Under the pieces are notes generated by a model that was given only the letters and a program-made list of their open reading frames with translations, did no database searches and was not told where the DNA came from. The position numbers and the translations under genes were made by a program. DNA of 64,000 nt from the human T2T-CHM13v2.0 reference genome, Homo sapiens. Shown here piece after piece: positions 23,292 through 40,527 of this stretch; the first letter of the stretch is position 1, and each line of letters opens with the position of its first letter. The stretch lies in the NCBI RefSeq assembly GCF_009914755.1, contig NC_060948.1, one strand, 5' to 3'.

Positions 23292-24296
23292 ATGGGGAAA
23301 AAACAGAGCAGAAAAACTGCAAACTCTAAAAAGCAGAGCACCTCTCCTCATCTAAAGGAACGCAGTTCCTCACCAGCAACGGAACAAAGCAGGTTGGAGA
23401 ATGACTTTGACGAGCTGAGAGAAGGCTTCACATGATCAAATTACTCTGAGCTATGGGAGGACATTCAAACCAAAGGCAAAGAAGTTGAAAACTTTGAAGA
23501 AAATTTCGAAGAATGTATAACTAGAATAACCAATACAGAGAAGTGCTTAAAGGAGCTGATGGAGCTGAAAACCAAGGCTCGAGAACTACATGAAGAATGC
23601 AGAAGCCTCAGGAGCCGATGTGATCAACTGGAAGAAAGGGTATCAGCCATGGAAGATGAAATGAAGTGAGAAGCGAAGTTTAGAGAAAAAAGAATAAAAA
23701 GAAACGAGCAAAGCCTTCAGGAAATATGGGACTATGTGAAAAGACCAAATCTACGTCTGATTGGTGTACCTGAAAGTGACAGGGAGAATGGAACCAAGTT
23801 GGAAAACACTCCGCAGGATATTATCCAGGAGAATTTCCCCAATCTAGCAAGGCAGGCCAACATTCAGATTCAGGAAATACAGAGAACGCCACAAAGATAC
23901 TCCTCGAGAAGAGCAACTCCAAGACACATAATTGGCAGATTCACCAAAGTTGAAATGAAGGAAAAAATGTTAAGGGCAGCCAGAGAGAAAGGTCGGGTTA
24001 CCCTCAAAGGGAAGCCCATCAGACTAATAGCGGATTTCTCGGCAGAAACTCTGCAAGCCAGAAGAGAGTGGGGGCGAATATTCAACATTCTTAAATAAAA
24101 GAATTTCCAACCCAGTATTTCATATCCAGCCAAACTAAGCTTCATAAGTGAAGGAGAAATAAAATACTATACAGACAAGCAAATGCTGAGAGATTTTGTC
24201 ACCACCAGGCCTGCCCTAAAAGAGCTCCTGAAGGAAGCACTAAACATGGAAAGGAAAAACTGGTACCAGCTGCTACAAAACCATGCTAAAATGTAA
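23292..24296 (+). pseudogene. L1 ORF1p, disrupted
   Basis: ATGGGGAAAAAACAG start; KRPNLRLIGVPE...RRATPRHII peptide; premature stops (e.g. TAA at 24096-24098). Confidence 0.9.
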
Positions 24297-24359
24297 GGAC
24301 CATCGAGACTAGGAAGAAACTGCATCAACTAATGAGCAAAATAACCAGCTAACATCATA

Positions 24360-28199
<3,840 letters not shown>

Positions 28200-29017
28200 A
28201 CAATGAGAACACATGGACAGAGGAAGGGGAATATCACACTCTGGGGACTGTTGTGGGGTGTGGGGAGGGGGGAGGGATAGCATTGGGAGATATACCTAAT
28301 GCTAGATGACCTAATGTTAGTGGGTGCAGTGCACCAGCATGGCACTTGTATACATATGTAACTAACCTGCACATTGTGCACATATACCCTAAAACTTAAA
28401 GTATAATAATAATAAATAAATATAAATATAAAAATAAAAACTAAGCATACATTAAAATTGAAAACATCTCTTTAGTAAAAAGTTATATTCAGTGGAAAGA
28501 CATGCTGTTTTTATTGCGGCAGTAGAAATTGAAAGCCTACATGTCTGATAAAAGTTATGTCCAAAGTGTGCAAACAGAGTAAGAAGATTCTCATATATTT
28601 TTTATGGTGAGACCCTCTCTAAAATCACAATTATTGCATTTGGTTAGATCTTATGTTTACACAAAATCTACAAAAATCTGTGTAATAAATATACATATAT
28701 TTATATATGTATATTTTAAAAATTAAATTTAGCAAGAAGACGTGACTTACCAGTTCCTGAATAGTCATCGTTATATAACTTATTGGTCTCCAGACTTCTG
28801 CCACCAATTCACCACATTAGGAAGACCTTTACAATATCTAACCTGATTTTTGATCCAAATTGAATGCCTTTGAATTTTATTGTTTTATTAAATAAGTAAA
28901 ATTTCATAATCAAGAATTACATCCAGGCAATATTCTATAACCTCAGAGGCAGGTGCTGCACCAGTGCTTGAGATGGAGGTGGGCTCCATGGTGTTCATTT
29001 ATGATTCTGCATTTTAG

Positions 29018-29356
29018 TGTTCATGGGCATGGGTTGAATGGTAGCCTCCTAAAACATATGCTCATGTCCGAATGCTTGGAAACTGTGAATGTGACCTTAG
29101 TTGAAAGGAAGGTCTGTGCAGATGTAATCCATTTAAGGATGGGAAAATTAGATTATTCTAAATTGTTTGCATGGGCACTAATTGCAATGACAAGTCTCCT
29201 TATAAGAGACAGAGGAAGAGGAGACACAGACACTGAGGAGAAGAGCACATGAAGGTGAAGGCAGAGGCTGGAGTGAAGCAGCCAGAAGCCCTTGACTCCT
29301 GCAGCCACCAGGAGCTGGCAGGAAGGATCCTCTCCTAGAGCCTGCGGAGGGAACAC
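29018..29356 (+). mobile_element. MLT1C/D-type LTR, 3'-truncated
   Basis: gggttgaatggtagcctcc...gtgaatgtgacctta...aaggatcctctcctagagcct. Confidence 0.8.
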
Positions 29357-29357
29357 A

Positions 29358-29363
<6 letters not shown>

Positions 29364-29397
<34 letters not shown>
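29364..29397. repeat. (TG)n microsatellite
   Basis: Direct read. Confidence 0.95.
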
Positions 29398-29404
<7 letters not shown>

Positions 29405-29859
29405 TTGTATCATATATATGTATATGTGTATATATACATATGTATGCTTGCATGTATACATATGTATGCATATAAACATATATATGTATATTTTTCACAT
29501 TAATTTTTAAAATGTTGAACTTACATGTTACTGAATAAAAGTCCCTCTTGTATAACTAGCTGGTCTCCATACTCCTAGCACTAAGATACTGTGCCATAGC
29601 TAGGAAAAACTTTGTGATAGCCATCCTAATACTTGGCCAAAATTCAATGCTTTTAAATGTATTATTCTATTAATTCAATATAGTTTAAAGAACCGTAAAT
29701 ACATCCAGGCAATTTTCTATCTGTTAGAAATACAGTTGATAAGATAGATTGAGAAAGACACCCACATTTATGAAAATTATCTTTGCGACTAGACACAGAT
29801 TACAGAAAACCAGGTATCTAGTATTTTAGAATACTAGATAAGTAATATTACACATATTG

Positions 29860-31390
29860 ACAATACAATAAAGTTATCTAGTATTTTAGAAGGTGTGGAG
29901 AGCTATGCAAAAATAACAAAGATACAGCAGCATGAGGGTGATCACAACATAAAAGGTGGGGCGGGGTGTCCAATTTTCAGAAGAGCGATTAGGGCAGGTC
30001 TCATTGAAAGTGGGATGTTTGAGCAAAGATTTAGGAAGAGGTGAGAAAGTTCAGTAAGGTTCTATTTGAGAGGGATGGTAATATTTCAGGAAAAAGAATT
30101 AATAGCTAAGGCAAAGCCCAGATAGAAAAGCCTTACAGGGATATTTGAACAGAAACCTGGGGGCCAGTGTGGCTAAGAGGAGAGAAGTTCATAGATGAAA
30201 GGGGGCAGGAGTATCAGACCTATGGTGCTGCTGAGCACTTAGGTTTTTATTCTAAAGGCTATATGAGTTATTGTGGCATTCTGAGAAAGGAATGATGCAT
30301 ACAACCTCATGTTTTCTGAAAGATAAGCCTGACTGCTGTGTTGAGACAAGGACACGGCACACGAGAAGCAGATAGGTCTGTTAAGAGGTTGTTGAGTTAA
30401 ACAAAACAAAACAAAACAAAACAAAAACTGGGAAATGATGGATGGGTCTGCCAAGGTAGACCAACAGAAGTGCCTTTAGTGTGTGGAGCACACAATGCCA
30501 TGAGCAAAAGAGAGAAATTAACAAAGAGAGGAAAGGCTGGCACGGTGGCTCACTCCTGTAATCCCAGCACTTTGGGAAGCTGAGGAGGGCGGATCACTTG
30601 AGGTCAGGAGTAAGAGAACATCCTGGCCAACATGGCAAAACCTAGTCTCTTCTAAACCTAGTGTCTATGATTTTTAGTCTACTAAAACTACAGAATTACT
30701 TGGGCATGGTAGTGTGTGCCTGTAGTACTTGGGATGCTGAGGCAGGACAGTTGCTTGAACCCAGAACGCAGAGGTTGCAGTGAGCCAAGATAGCGCCGTT
30801 GTACTCCAGCCCAGGTGACAGAGTGAGACTCTGTCTCAAAAGCAAAAAAACACCAACAAAAATAAAGGAATGAACACAGACGCCAAAGATTTTGTCTGAG
30901 CAACTGAAACAATGGAATGAGGAAGGAAGTAAATTGAGCAGGGCTGTAGGTGAGTTAGAGTATGATTTTTGACCTGTTGAGGGTAGGATGTACAAGAGAC
31001 CAGGAAATGGAGATTTTAAGGAGACAGTTGGGTGCAGAGCCTGGGATCAGAAGAGAATTCTAAGCTGGAATTGTAAGTGTGGGGAAAATAAACTATGCCA
31101 ATGTGATTTAAAGTCATGATAGTTGGTGAGATCCCTAAGGACAGGAACATAGTAAAGAAGAGGAGCAGTACTGACTTAGAGAACTCAAGCATGAACGGGT
31201 CCAGTGAACAGGAAAGGCCAAGACAAGGGGATAAAAGAAAGCAAACATGAAGAAGAACAGAAGTCAAGGTTAGGAAATCCTGACGAACACAAGGGTGTTG
31301 CTGTAGGGAATAAATATACATCGAGTTCTAATTGACCAGGTAAGATAATAAGCATTGAACAGTGGACTTAGCAACACAGCACTAATTGCC
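29860..31390 (-). mobile_element. L2 LINE (diverged), interrupted by an Alu
   Basis: Purine-rich antisense-L2 blocks (tttgagcaaaga, ggccagtgtggct, gtctgagcaactg, ggacttagcaaca). Confidence 0.6.
30535..30865 (+). mobile_element. Alu (AluS-type) with rearranged linker
   Basis: Dimeric Alu with extra sequence at 30657-30680. Confidence 0.9.
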
Positions 31391-32419
31391 AACATCTGGG
31401 AAATGTCATTGGAAGATGGTTTCTCATTTTCCCTTCTCTAAGATTCCAGGATTTTATTTATTTATTTATTTGATTAAACTCCAGGGAGGGGGAAAAAGAA
31501 AAAAAAAGAGAAATAGGAAAACAATAAAAGGGAAGACGAGAAAAGGAACAAGGTCAGAATCAGAAGAATGTAATATTTGTTCCATTCCTTGATAAATCTG
31601 GCCAAGTAGAGGAGTATGTTAGCACTCACTAAGTACTTACTGAATCAATACAAAAAAGACAAATTTGATAATGGTAATAAACGTAAGGTATGGTGAGGTA
31701 GAGAATTTTGTTCCTGAAGTTTCAGTCATGTGTAATAAAAAAGTATTCCAACATTTATGATTGCAGTCATGAAAAGAATGTATTCTGAGATTTATGTTCG
31801 CAGTTGTGAAATAAGTTTCAGCACGTATACCTGAAGGTCAAAAGGCATTTGTAAGTCTGTTGAATGCATTTAAATTTGATTTTAATCCTTTGTCTCAGAT
31901 GAATGCAAAAAGAGAGCTTTTAAATGTAGTACATTAAAGGGGAATGGACTTATCTTTTCCTCTTGCTACACCTAAAGGAACAGATTGCAGCTCCTGGTGG
32001 TAGACAAATAGTGCTCTTGAGAAATGCTGCCTGCAGATTTAAGAACATTAAGACAAAGGTAATATGGCAATAATACCAGTTACAACAAGGTGTCTAGTAA
32101 ATTTTGCACTCACATTGTGACTAAAGATTTCCAGTCTCATGTTAAAATATGCATGGACATTCACTAAGGAGCAGAGAGGTCATAAATTATTCGTATTATT
32201 GCACAGGAGTAAATGTGCCTAACAGATGGAAAACTAAGTACCAAAAGATTAAGGATACAAAGCCACACAGCAGGAAAGCAAGTGTCAGGACTAAAATTGA
32301 GGTCTCCTTACTGCCCCTTCACCTGCAGCTTGCTACAACTTTATTTTTATAGCTAAACTAGGCTGCAGAGGACATGAATGAGTGAAAACATTTATCATAT
32401 AGCATTCCAAAAGGAAAAT

Positions 32420-32795
32420 GTTCTCTCCTTGAAGGGAAGAAAGGAAGAAAGGTAAAAGGGGATGGAGGAAGGTACAAAAAAGAAAGAGAAAGGGAAGCAA
32501 GGAAAGAGAAAGAAAAGAAGGGGGGGGAGAAGAAATAGAGAGAGGAAGGAAGAGAAGATTCAAGGTTTCAAAAATTCAAAGATCCAGAATTCAAGCCTCT
32601 GACATTAAATATGTTAAATCATAGTAATAATTGTCACCTCACTGTGCTACTTTTGATGAATGGAGGGAGGGAGGAGAATTAAAGAGAGGTAAGGGGGAGA
32701 AGGAAGTCAAAGAATAAAAAAGGGTGAGAGAAAAGGAAAAAAGAGAGAGAGGGAAGGAAGGAAAAAAGGAAGGAAGTAAGGGAGGGGGGGAAAGA
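32420..32795. repeat. GA-rich low complexity interrupted by a 78-bp templated copy
   Basis: Purine tract on both sides of 32583-32660. Confidence 0.8.
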
Positions 32796-32954
32796 CCAGC
32801 CACCCCACAATGACTTCTGAGTAATTATTAAAGTCTTCAAAATATTGATATAATAGAAAAAAATATGAATTCCAAATTTGTTATAAATGTAAATGTTAGC
32901 GACAATAGAAACAACAACACTTTTGGCTGAAAGTGATCCCTAACTAGAGAAGGC

Positions 32955-33063
32955 AATCTGCCATGGAGACTCGCTGCCAGCTTCCAGCCTCCAGAGCTGT
33001 GAGCAATAAATGTCTGTTGTTTAAGCCACCCTATCTGTTTAGTTGGCAGCCTGTACTAAGACA
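32955..33063 (+). mobile_element. MLT1 LTR 3' fragment
   Basis: cttccagcctccagagctgtgagcaataaatgtctgttgtttaagccacc...ctaagaca. Confidence 0.8.
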
Positions 33064-34738
33064 AGACTTCAAAAGGAAAGAGAGATATAATTTTTGGAAA
33101 GGATGAATTATAATTATGTTTTTAAAGATGATATAATTAAATACATAGACAATTCAGGACAATCAAATTAACACATGAGAATTAATAAATCTAAAGCCAT
33201 TTCTAAGCATTAGCAATGATTAAAAGATAAGATGGAGAAAATGAATCTACTCAAAGAAACTTTAACAATTTTATAAGGAAAAATATCAAATCTAACTAGC
33301 ATAAATAAAGAGGCAAATTATATGCGCTGTTTATGACTGGATACTACAGAAAAAGGGAACAGGGAAAAGGGGAGAAAATGGAAATTTTCTACCATGTTCA
33401 TACAGAGCTTTAATGAAGATCAAACACATTTCCAATTACATTTACTTTGTGACTTGGCACAGTCTATTGTGAAAAATGAAAATATGTAATATATAATATT
33501 CGATAGGTATTATAAATGTAATATGCATTTAATATAAGTGTGATGTGTTTGAGAATACACTACCAAATATCCTGAGTATTACCTTTCAAAATAGGCTATA
33601 TGCATTTTTAATTGGAAAAAAATCTACCAGATAATTTATATATTAGAGTGGACCTAGGATTCAAATTCACATGTAATATGCATGTAATGTAATAAATGCA
33701 ATGTATTTGATAATAATTATCAAATGTAATATATATTACATTTCAAAATAGGTAATATGTATTTTTAGAAGGAATAAAGTCTACCAAATAATTCTTGTAT
33801 TATAGTGGACTTAGGATTCACATTCAGAGCACAGAAAGGAAGAGATAATTTTGAAGCTACCCCTACTGTATTACAGTAAATTACAGATGAATTTACTTTA
33901 AATAGATTGCTAAAGTAATGCTGTTTTGTGAAATTAACTTCTTGTAATAAGTAGAGCTATAGCCATCATTTCCAAATGAGTTATAGGGTGAAATTGAAAG
34001 AGTGCACTCAGAAGAAAAAAACAAGAGGAGGTTCTCAGTCATGGATGGTGTCCTTGGAGGCCAGACAGATATACACCCACACAATCTTCATCATGGCCAT
34101 ACACAGCCAGTAGCAAACAAAGAGAGGCAGAGTGGTATGGTGGAGAGACATTCTGGAATGAGCAGGCTGGGTATAGATTCCAGGATTCAAGCCTCTGACA
34201 TTAAATCTGTTAAATCATGGTAATAATTGTCACCTCACTGTGCTACTTGTGATGAACTTTCAAGAACTAATATTTGCAAGGAAAGTGGGGTGTATGATGT
34301 CAAAAGGCCTTGTTCTAGTTGGAGTAACCTCCCTTTGACACAAATATCTCTAATAAATCAGACAGAATTCACTAAGCAGAACTAATATTTGCAAGGTCCT
34401 CAAAAGCAGTTACTTAAACGTGAAGAATATGATAAAATGTTCTTAGATGAACCCCCAATAGAGTGTATCAATGGGCTTCGTGGTGTTTTTCTAGCAGACC
34501 CAGCGGGAATATTCTTGGCAGCTGGGAGTTTTCATGCAGATGGAATGTCAAGGGATTCACGATGAAAAATGCTGCAATATCCTACTTTGTAACATTGACT
34601 GTGGATGCTAAACTGCATCCCTTATCTATATTAATAGAGTGTTGTATTATTTTTCTACATTTACAGATATCTTTCAATCAGATGCTCTTGTCCTTGTGCA
34701 AACTAAATGAAAGAACATCAAAATGAAATATACAATAG

Positions 34739-35235
<497 letters not shown>

Positions 35236-35825
35236 ATTATGAAAAGTGGATAAATGCAATTTCAGTTGACCACTGTGGACATGATGGTGCAAAGTGTCAT
35301 ATTATTGCATATTCTTTCTTGTCATTTTGATGCATTCTCTTGACTTATTATTATATTTTTTAGGAAATAGCAATAAGGCCCTGTTTAGGTGATAAAAATT
35401 AATCAAGTCCAGTCTAATTACAAAAATCAAAACTCTTAACAATTTTTCACTTGCCCTATGCTATAGTTTGAATATTTGTCCCCTCGAAAACTCATGTTGA
35501 AACGTAACCCCCAATGAAACAAAATGTGTTTCCATATTTTTGCTATTGTAAATAGTGCTGTGGTGAACATACATGTGCATGTATCTTTATAATGGAATGA
35601 TTTATATTCCTTTGGGTATCAATAGCCAAATTGACCACATGATGCAGTTTCAATAATCTATCTTTTTGGGTGCCAAGATTTGTACAGAAACCCTCCCTGT
35701 TCTGCACTGGGAGCTGATAACCATGGACTAGAGGTCACTTACAGAGTTTTCAGCTGTGTCTCATCTATCTCAGCCTTGAGGAGGCATATATGAAGCTCCC
35801 TGATTTGATCTCATAACAAGGGAAA

Positions 35826-36686
35826 TGTTACCAAAACACCACGGGTTTGGTTTAGATCTTGTTGCACCAGAAAGAAAGCCAATCACTGAGACAAGTATTA
35901 CCAAGGAAGGCTTTTATGGGTGCTTCAGCCAAGGAGACAGGAGATAAATGTCAAATCCGTCACTGCAACCAAGTCAAACTAGTGGTTTATGTGGTAGGGA
36001 AGGAATCTACAGGAATTGGGGGAGGGCAGTAAAGAAAAGGAGTTTCAGTTCCTTGATACTACATGGGAGGCCTGAGGGTCAGTTTCCTGAGAGAAGAACT
36101 CAGATTAAACCAATGTGGGTTTCAAGCTCTGAGAAAGAAAGACACTATTTCTATGTTGATTCAAAATAATGATAATAGGCTGGGCATGGTGCCTCATGCC
36201 TGTAATACCAATATTTTGGGGGGCTGAGATGGGTGGACCACCTGAGGTCAGGAGTTCAAGACCAGCCTAGTCAACATGGTGAAACCTTGTCTCTACTGAA
36301 AATTAAAATAATTAGCCGGGAGTGGTGATGTGAGTGTGTAATCCCAGCTACTCAGTAGTCTAAGGCAGGGTAATCACTTGAAACTGGGAGTCAGGTTGCA
36401 GTGAGCCAAGACTGTGCCACTGTACTTCAGCCTGGGTGACAGAGTAACACTCTGTCTCAAAATAGATAAATGAATAATTAAAATTAAAAATTAAAAATAT
36501 TAAAAACAAAATTTAAATTTAAATATTTAAAAATGTAAAAAATAGAAAGCAAAAATAAAAAATAAATACAAATAAAAATTAAAACAAAAACAATAAAATG
36601 AAAACAAATAAAAATTAATAAAATTAAAATGCATAAACATAAAAAATAATAAACATCAGTTCTATGGTGAAATTGGGCTGGTTTCA
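35826..36686 (-). mobile_element. ERV1 (MER4-group) solo LTR interrupted by an Alu
   Basis: TG...CA ends (tgttacc / ggtttca); imperfect TSD gaaa/gcaa; reverse complement begins TGAAACCAGCCCAATT. Subfamily not resolved. Confidence 0.7.
36178..36650 (+). mobile_element. Alu (AluS-type) with ~190-bp degenerate A-rich tail
   Basis: Dimeric Alu followed by an AAAAT/AAAAC-like tract. Confidence 0.9.
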
Positions 36687-37291
36687 GCAAGAGGAGATGC
36701 TGAATAGAAAGATAATGGTAGGTAAGTAAGGTACTATTCACTTAATTTGTAGTGAAGAAAACATTCTCTTCATCTCTCAATTCTTCATGCTAGATGCTTG
36801 GGTCCTAACAGAAAATATATACTCCCTCCAAGGAATTCCTCATGATTGGCCTTGGACACTTCTCCATAGATACTTGACCTCCTCTCATTTAGCTTGGTGG
36901 TTATCTAATTTTCTAATACTGGAATAAGCAGTTTCACACTCCCACAGCATGTCTACCTTGGCAAAGATAAGGTAGAGTAGTTTCCACTTACTGTGTCGTC
37001 CTCAGGAAAAAATAAAGTAGTGCATCATGAATAGTTGTCATTAAAAAAATGAGGCAGTAGAAAAAGTTGTCTTCAATGTCATATCAAAACACATAAATTT
37101 TGTTTTCTTTGTATGCAAACATCTTCTCTAAGATTTTAGGAAAAGAATACTGAAAACTTCCACAAAAAATGGGTAAAGTCTAGAAATAAGTAATAAATAG
37201 AGAGATCAAGTGTGCATGATATATAAGAAATATGTGACATAATTAATCATCAAAAATGCCAAAGAAAATAAAAATAAGATGAGGTGAATTT

Positions 37292-37512
37292 CATAGCACA
37301 ACAGGGTTACTACAGTCAATAATAATTTAATTGTACCTTTAAAAATAACTAAAAGGTGTAATTGGATTGTTGGTACTTCAAAGGATAAGTGCTGGACAGG
37401 ATGGATACCTCATATACCCTGATATGATTAGTACACATTGCATGCCTGTATCAAAATATCACATATACTCCATAAATATATCCACCTACAATGTATCCAC
37501 AAAAAAATAAAA
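37292..37512 (+). mobile_element. L1MA 3' end
   Basis: atagcacaacagggttactacagtcaataat...catgcctgtatcaaaatatc...A tail. Confidence 0.8.
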
Positions 37513-38174
37513 CAGGTGAAACAAAATTACAATGCACCTTGCTCACAATAGCAACAGAGATTGAAGAAAATGGTTGAGAGTATAATCAAAGGTAAATTCA
37601 AGAAAACTAAATGAGTTTAAAAAGAGCCTATTGATAAGATAATTGAAAAGATGTTTAAACGAGTTCCAATAGATCAAGAACAACTTTTTGTCTTTTCAAA
37701 ACAGAATACCAAGTGGAACAGAAAATATATTTCAAAGAGATAGTAATGGATAGACATAAAAGCAAAACGATCTCCCAGGAAATGTGTATCCACACCTATA
37801 ATCACTAAGATGCAATAAAATAAAGCTAACACAAAAATTCATGATATTTGGGTGACACACGGAATCTGGAGGTGGGAAAACTCAGATTTTTTTTTTTTTC
37901 TATAGCAGCATTGAAAACGGCAAGAAATGAGAAGATAGTTATAAAATCTCTAGGAAAAAAACATAGAGCCCGATAATCTTGTACCCTAATTGTCAGTCAC
38001 TGTTAAGCTATCTATTTAAATGCAATAAATTCAAAATTTGATATACCTGGGTCTACACACACACATTTTTAAAAAGTACAAGAGAGTGTTCTTACCTAAA
38101 TTAATGTTGGAGAGTAGTTCTGGCAAAAGAGGTCATGGGAAACACTGAACCAACTTAAAGGTACTATTAAGAGT

Positions 38175-40175
38175 GTGCAGGTCTTATTTCTGGGTTCTCT
38201 ATTCTGTTTCATTGATGTGTATGTCTGTTTTTGTACCAGTACCATGTTGCTTCTGTTATGGTACCCTTGTAGTATAGTGTGAATTTAAGTAGTGTGATGT
38301 CTACAGCTTAGTTCTTTTTGCTTAAGATTGTTGTGCGTATTTCGGCTCTTTTTGATTCCATACAAATTTTAAAATATTTTTCTCTAGTTCTGAGTAAAAT
38401 GTCCATGGTAGTTTCATAGCGATAGCATTGAATTTATAAATTGCTTTGGGCAGTATGACCATTTTAATGGTATTGAATCTTCCAACCTATTCATGAACAT
38501 GGAATGTTTTTCTGTTTGTTTGAGTCATCTCTGACTGGGTTGAGCAGTGGTTTGTAGCTCTCCAAGAGAGATCTTTCACCATCTGAGTTAGCTGTATTCA
38601 AAGTTATTTGATTCTTTTTGTGGTAATTGCAAATGGAAGTTTGTTCCTGATTGGGCTCTTGTCTTGACTTTTGTTGATGTATAGGAATGCTAGTGATTCT
38701 TACACACTGATTTTGGGACTTGAGACTTCACTGACATTGTTTATCAGCTTAAGAAGCTTTTTGTCTAAGATTATGGGGTTTTCTAGATGTAAGATTATGT
38801 TGTCTGCAAACACAGATAGTTTGACTTCCTCTCTTGCTATTTGGATGCCCTCTTTCTCTTACCTGATTGCCTTAGCCAGGAATACCAATACTATGTTGAA
38901 TTGGAGTGTGAAAGATTCCCTATTCGATAGATAGTGGTGGGATAACTGGCTAGCCATAGGCAGAAAATTGAAAAGGGACCCCTTGTTTACATCACATACA
39001 AAAATTAAATTAAGATGGATTAAAGACTTACAAGTAGAATCCAAAACTATAAAAGCCCTGGAAGACAACTTAGGCTATACCATTCAAGACACAGACAAGG
39101 CAAAGATTTCATGATGTTGACACAAAAAGGAATTGCAACAAAAGCCAACATTGACAAATGGGATCTAATTAAACTAAAGAGCTTTTGCACACCGAAATAA
39201 ATTATCATTGGCATAAACAGGCAACTTACAGAATGGGAGAAAAATTGTGCAAACGATGCATCTGACAAAGGTGTAATATCCAGCCTCTATAATGAAAGTA
39301 AGCAAATTTACAAGACAAACAACTCCATAAAAAAGTGACCAAAGAACATGAACAGACACTTTTTAAAAGAAGACATATATGTGTCCAACAACCATATGAA
39401 TAAAAGCTCAGCATCCCTGATCATTAAAGAAATGCAAATCAAAACCATGAGATACCATCTCACATCAGTCAGAATGGCTATTATTAAAAAGTCAAAAAAT
39501 AACAGATACTGCCAAGGTTTTAGAGAAAAAGAAACACCTATACACTGTTGGTGAGAGAGTAGATTAGTTCAGCCATTGTGGAAGACAGTGCTGTGATTCC
39601 TCAAAGATCTAAAGACAGAAATACCATTCAACCCAGCAATCCCATTACTGGGTATATACCCAAATGAATATAAATCATTCTATTATAAAGACACATGCCT
39701 ATGTATGGTCATTGCAGCACTATTCACAATACCAAAGACATAGAATAAACCTAAATGCCTATCAATGATAGACTGGATAAAGAAAATGTGGTACATATAT
39801 GCCATGTAATTCTATGGCGCTATAAAAATAATGAGATCATGTCATTTCAGGGATATAGGTGGAGCTGGAGGCCATCATCCTTAGCAAACTAATGCAGGGA
39901 CAGAAAACCAAATACCCCATGTTCTCACTTATAAGTGGGAGCTGAATGATGAGAAAACATGGATACATAGAGGTGAACAACACTCAGCAGGGACTTTTGA
40001 AGAATAGAGGGTGGGAAAAGGGAAAGGATCAGAAAAAATAACTACTGCATACTAGGCTTAATACTCGGTGTTGAAATAATCTGTACAGCAAACCCCCACA
40101 ATGCAAGTTTACCTTTGTAACAAACGTGTACTTCTACCCCTGAACTTAAAAAAAAGTCAAAAAACAAAAATAAAA
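38175..40175 (+). mobile_element. 5'-inverted older L1PA: 38175-38910 antisense, 38911-40175 sense
   Basis: Antisense ORF2 piece abuts the sense piece at ...ttggagtg|tgaaagattccctatt; 3'UTR and tail are present. Confidence 0.9.
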
Positions 40176-40527
40176 ATACCAAAGTAAACTAATTCTAAAT
40201 GATTAACGTGGAAGAAAATCCTAAAATCTTAGGGCTGCAAAGGTGAAACAAAAAGGAATTAGATGAGGCACAATATATGCTGACTGATTCATTCTTTTTT
40301 CCAAGCAAGCACTCAAAAATCTTGTTTTATCTTGTACACACACACACACACACACACATACACTCGTGCTCTTTCTCTCTCTCAAGAAATATAAAGGAGA
40401 AATAAAGGCAAATTTTACTGAACAAAATCAGGTGATAAACAGAAGTGGACAAATAATCATAAATATATCAAGCTAACTATAGTCATCAATTGTATTAAAT
40501 AAATTCTTTAATAGAGGAATGCAAGAC

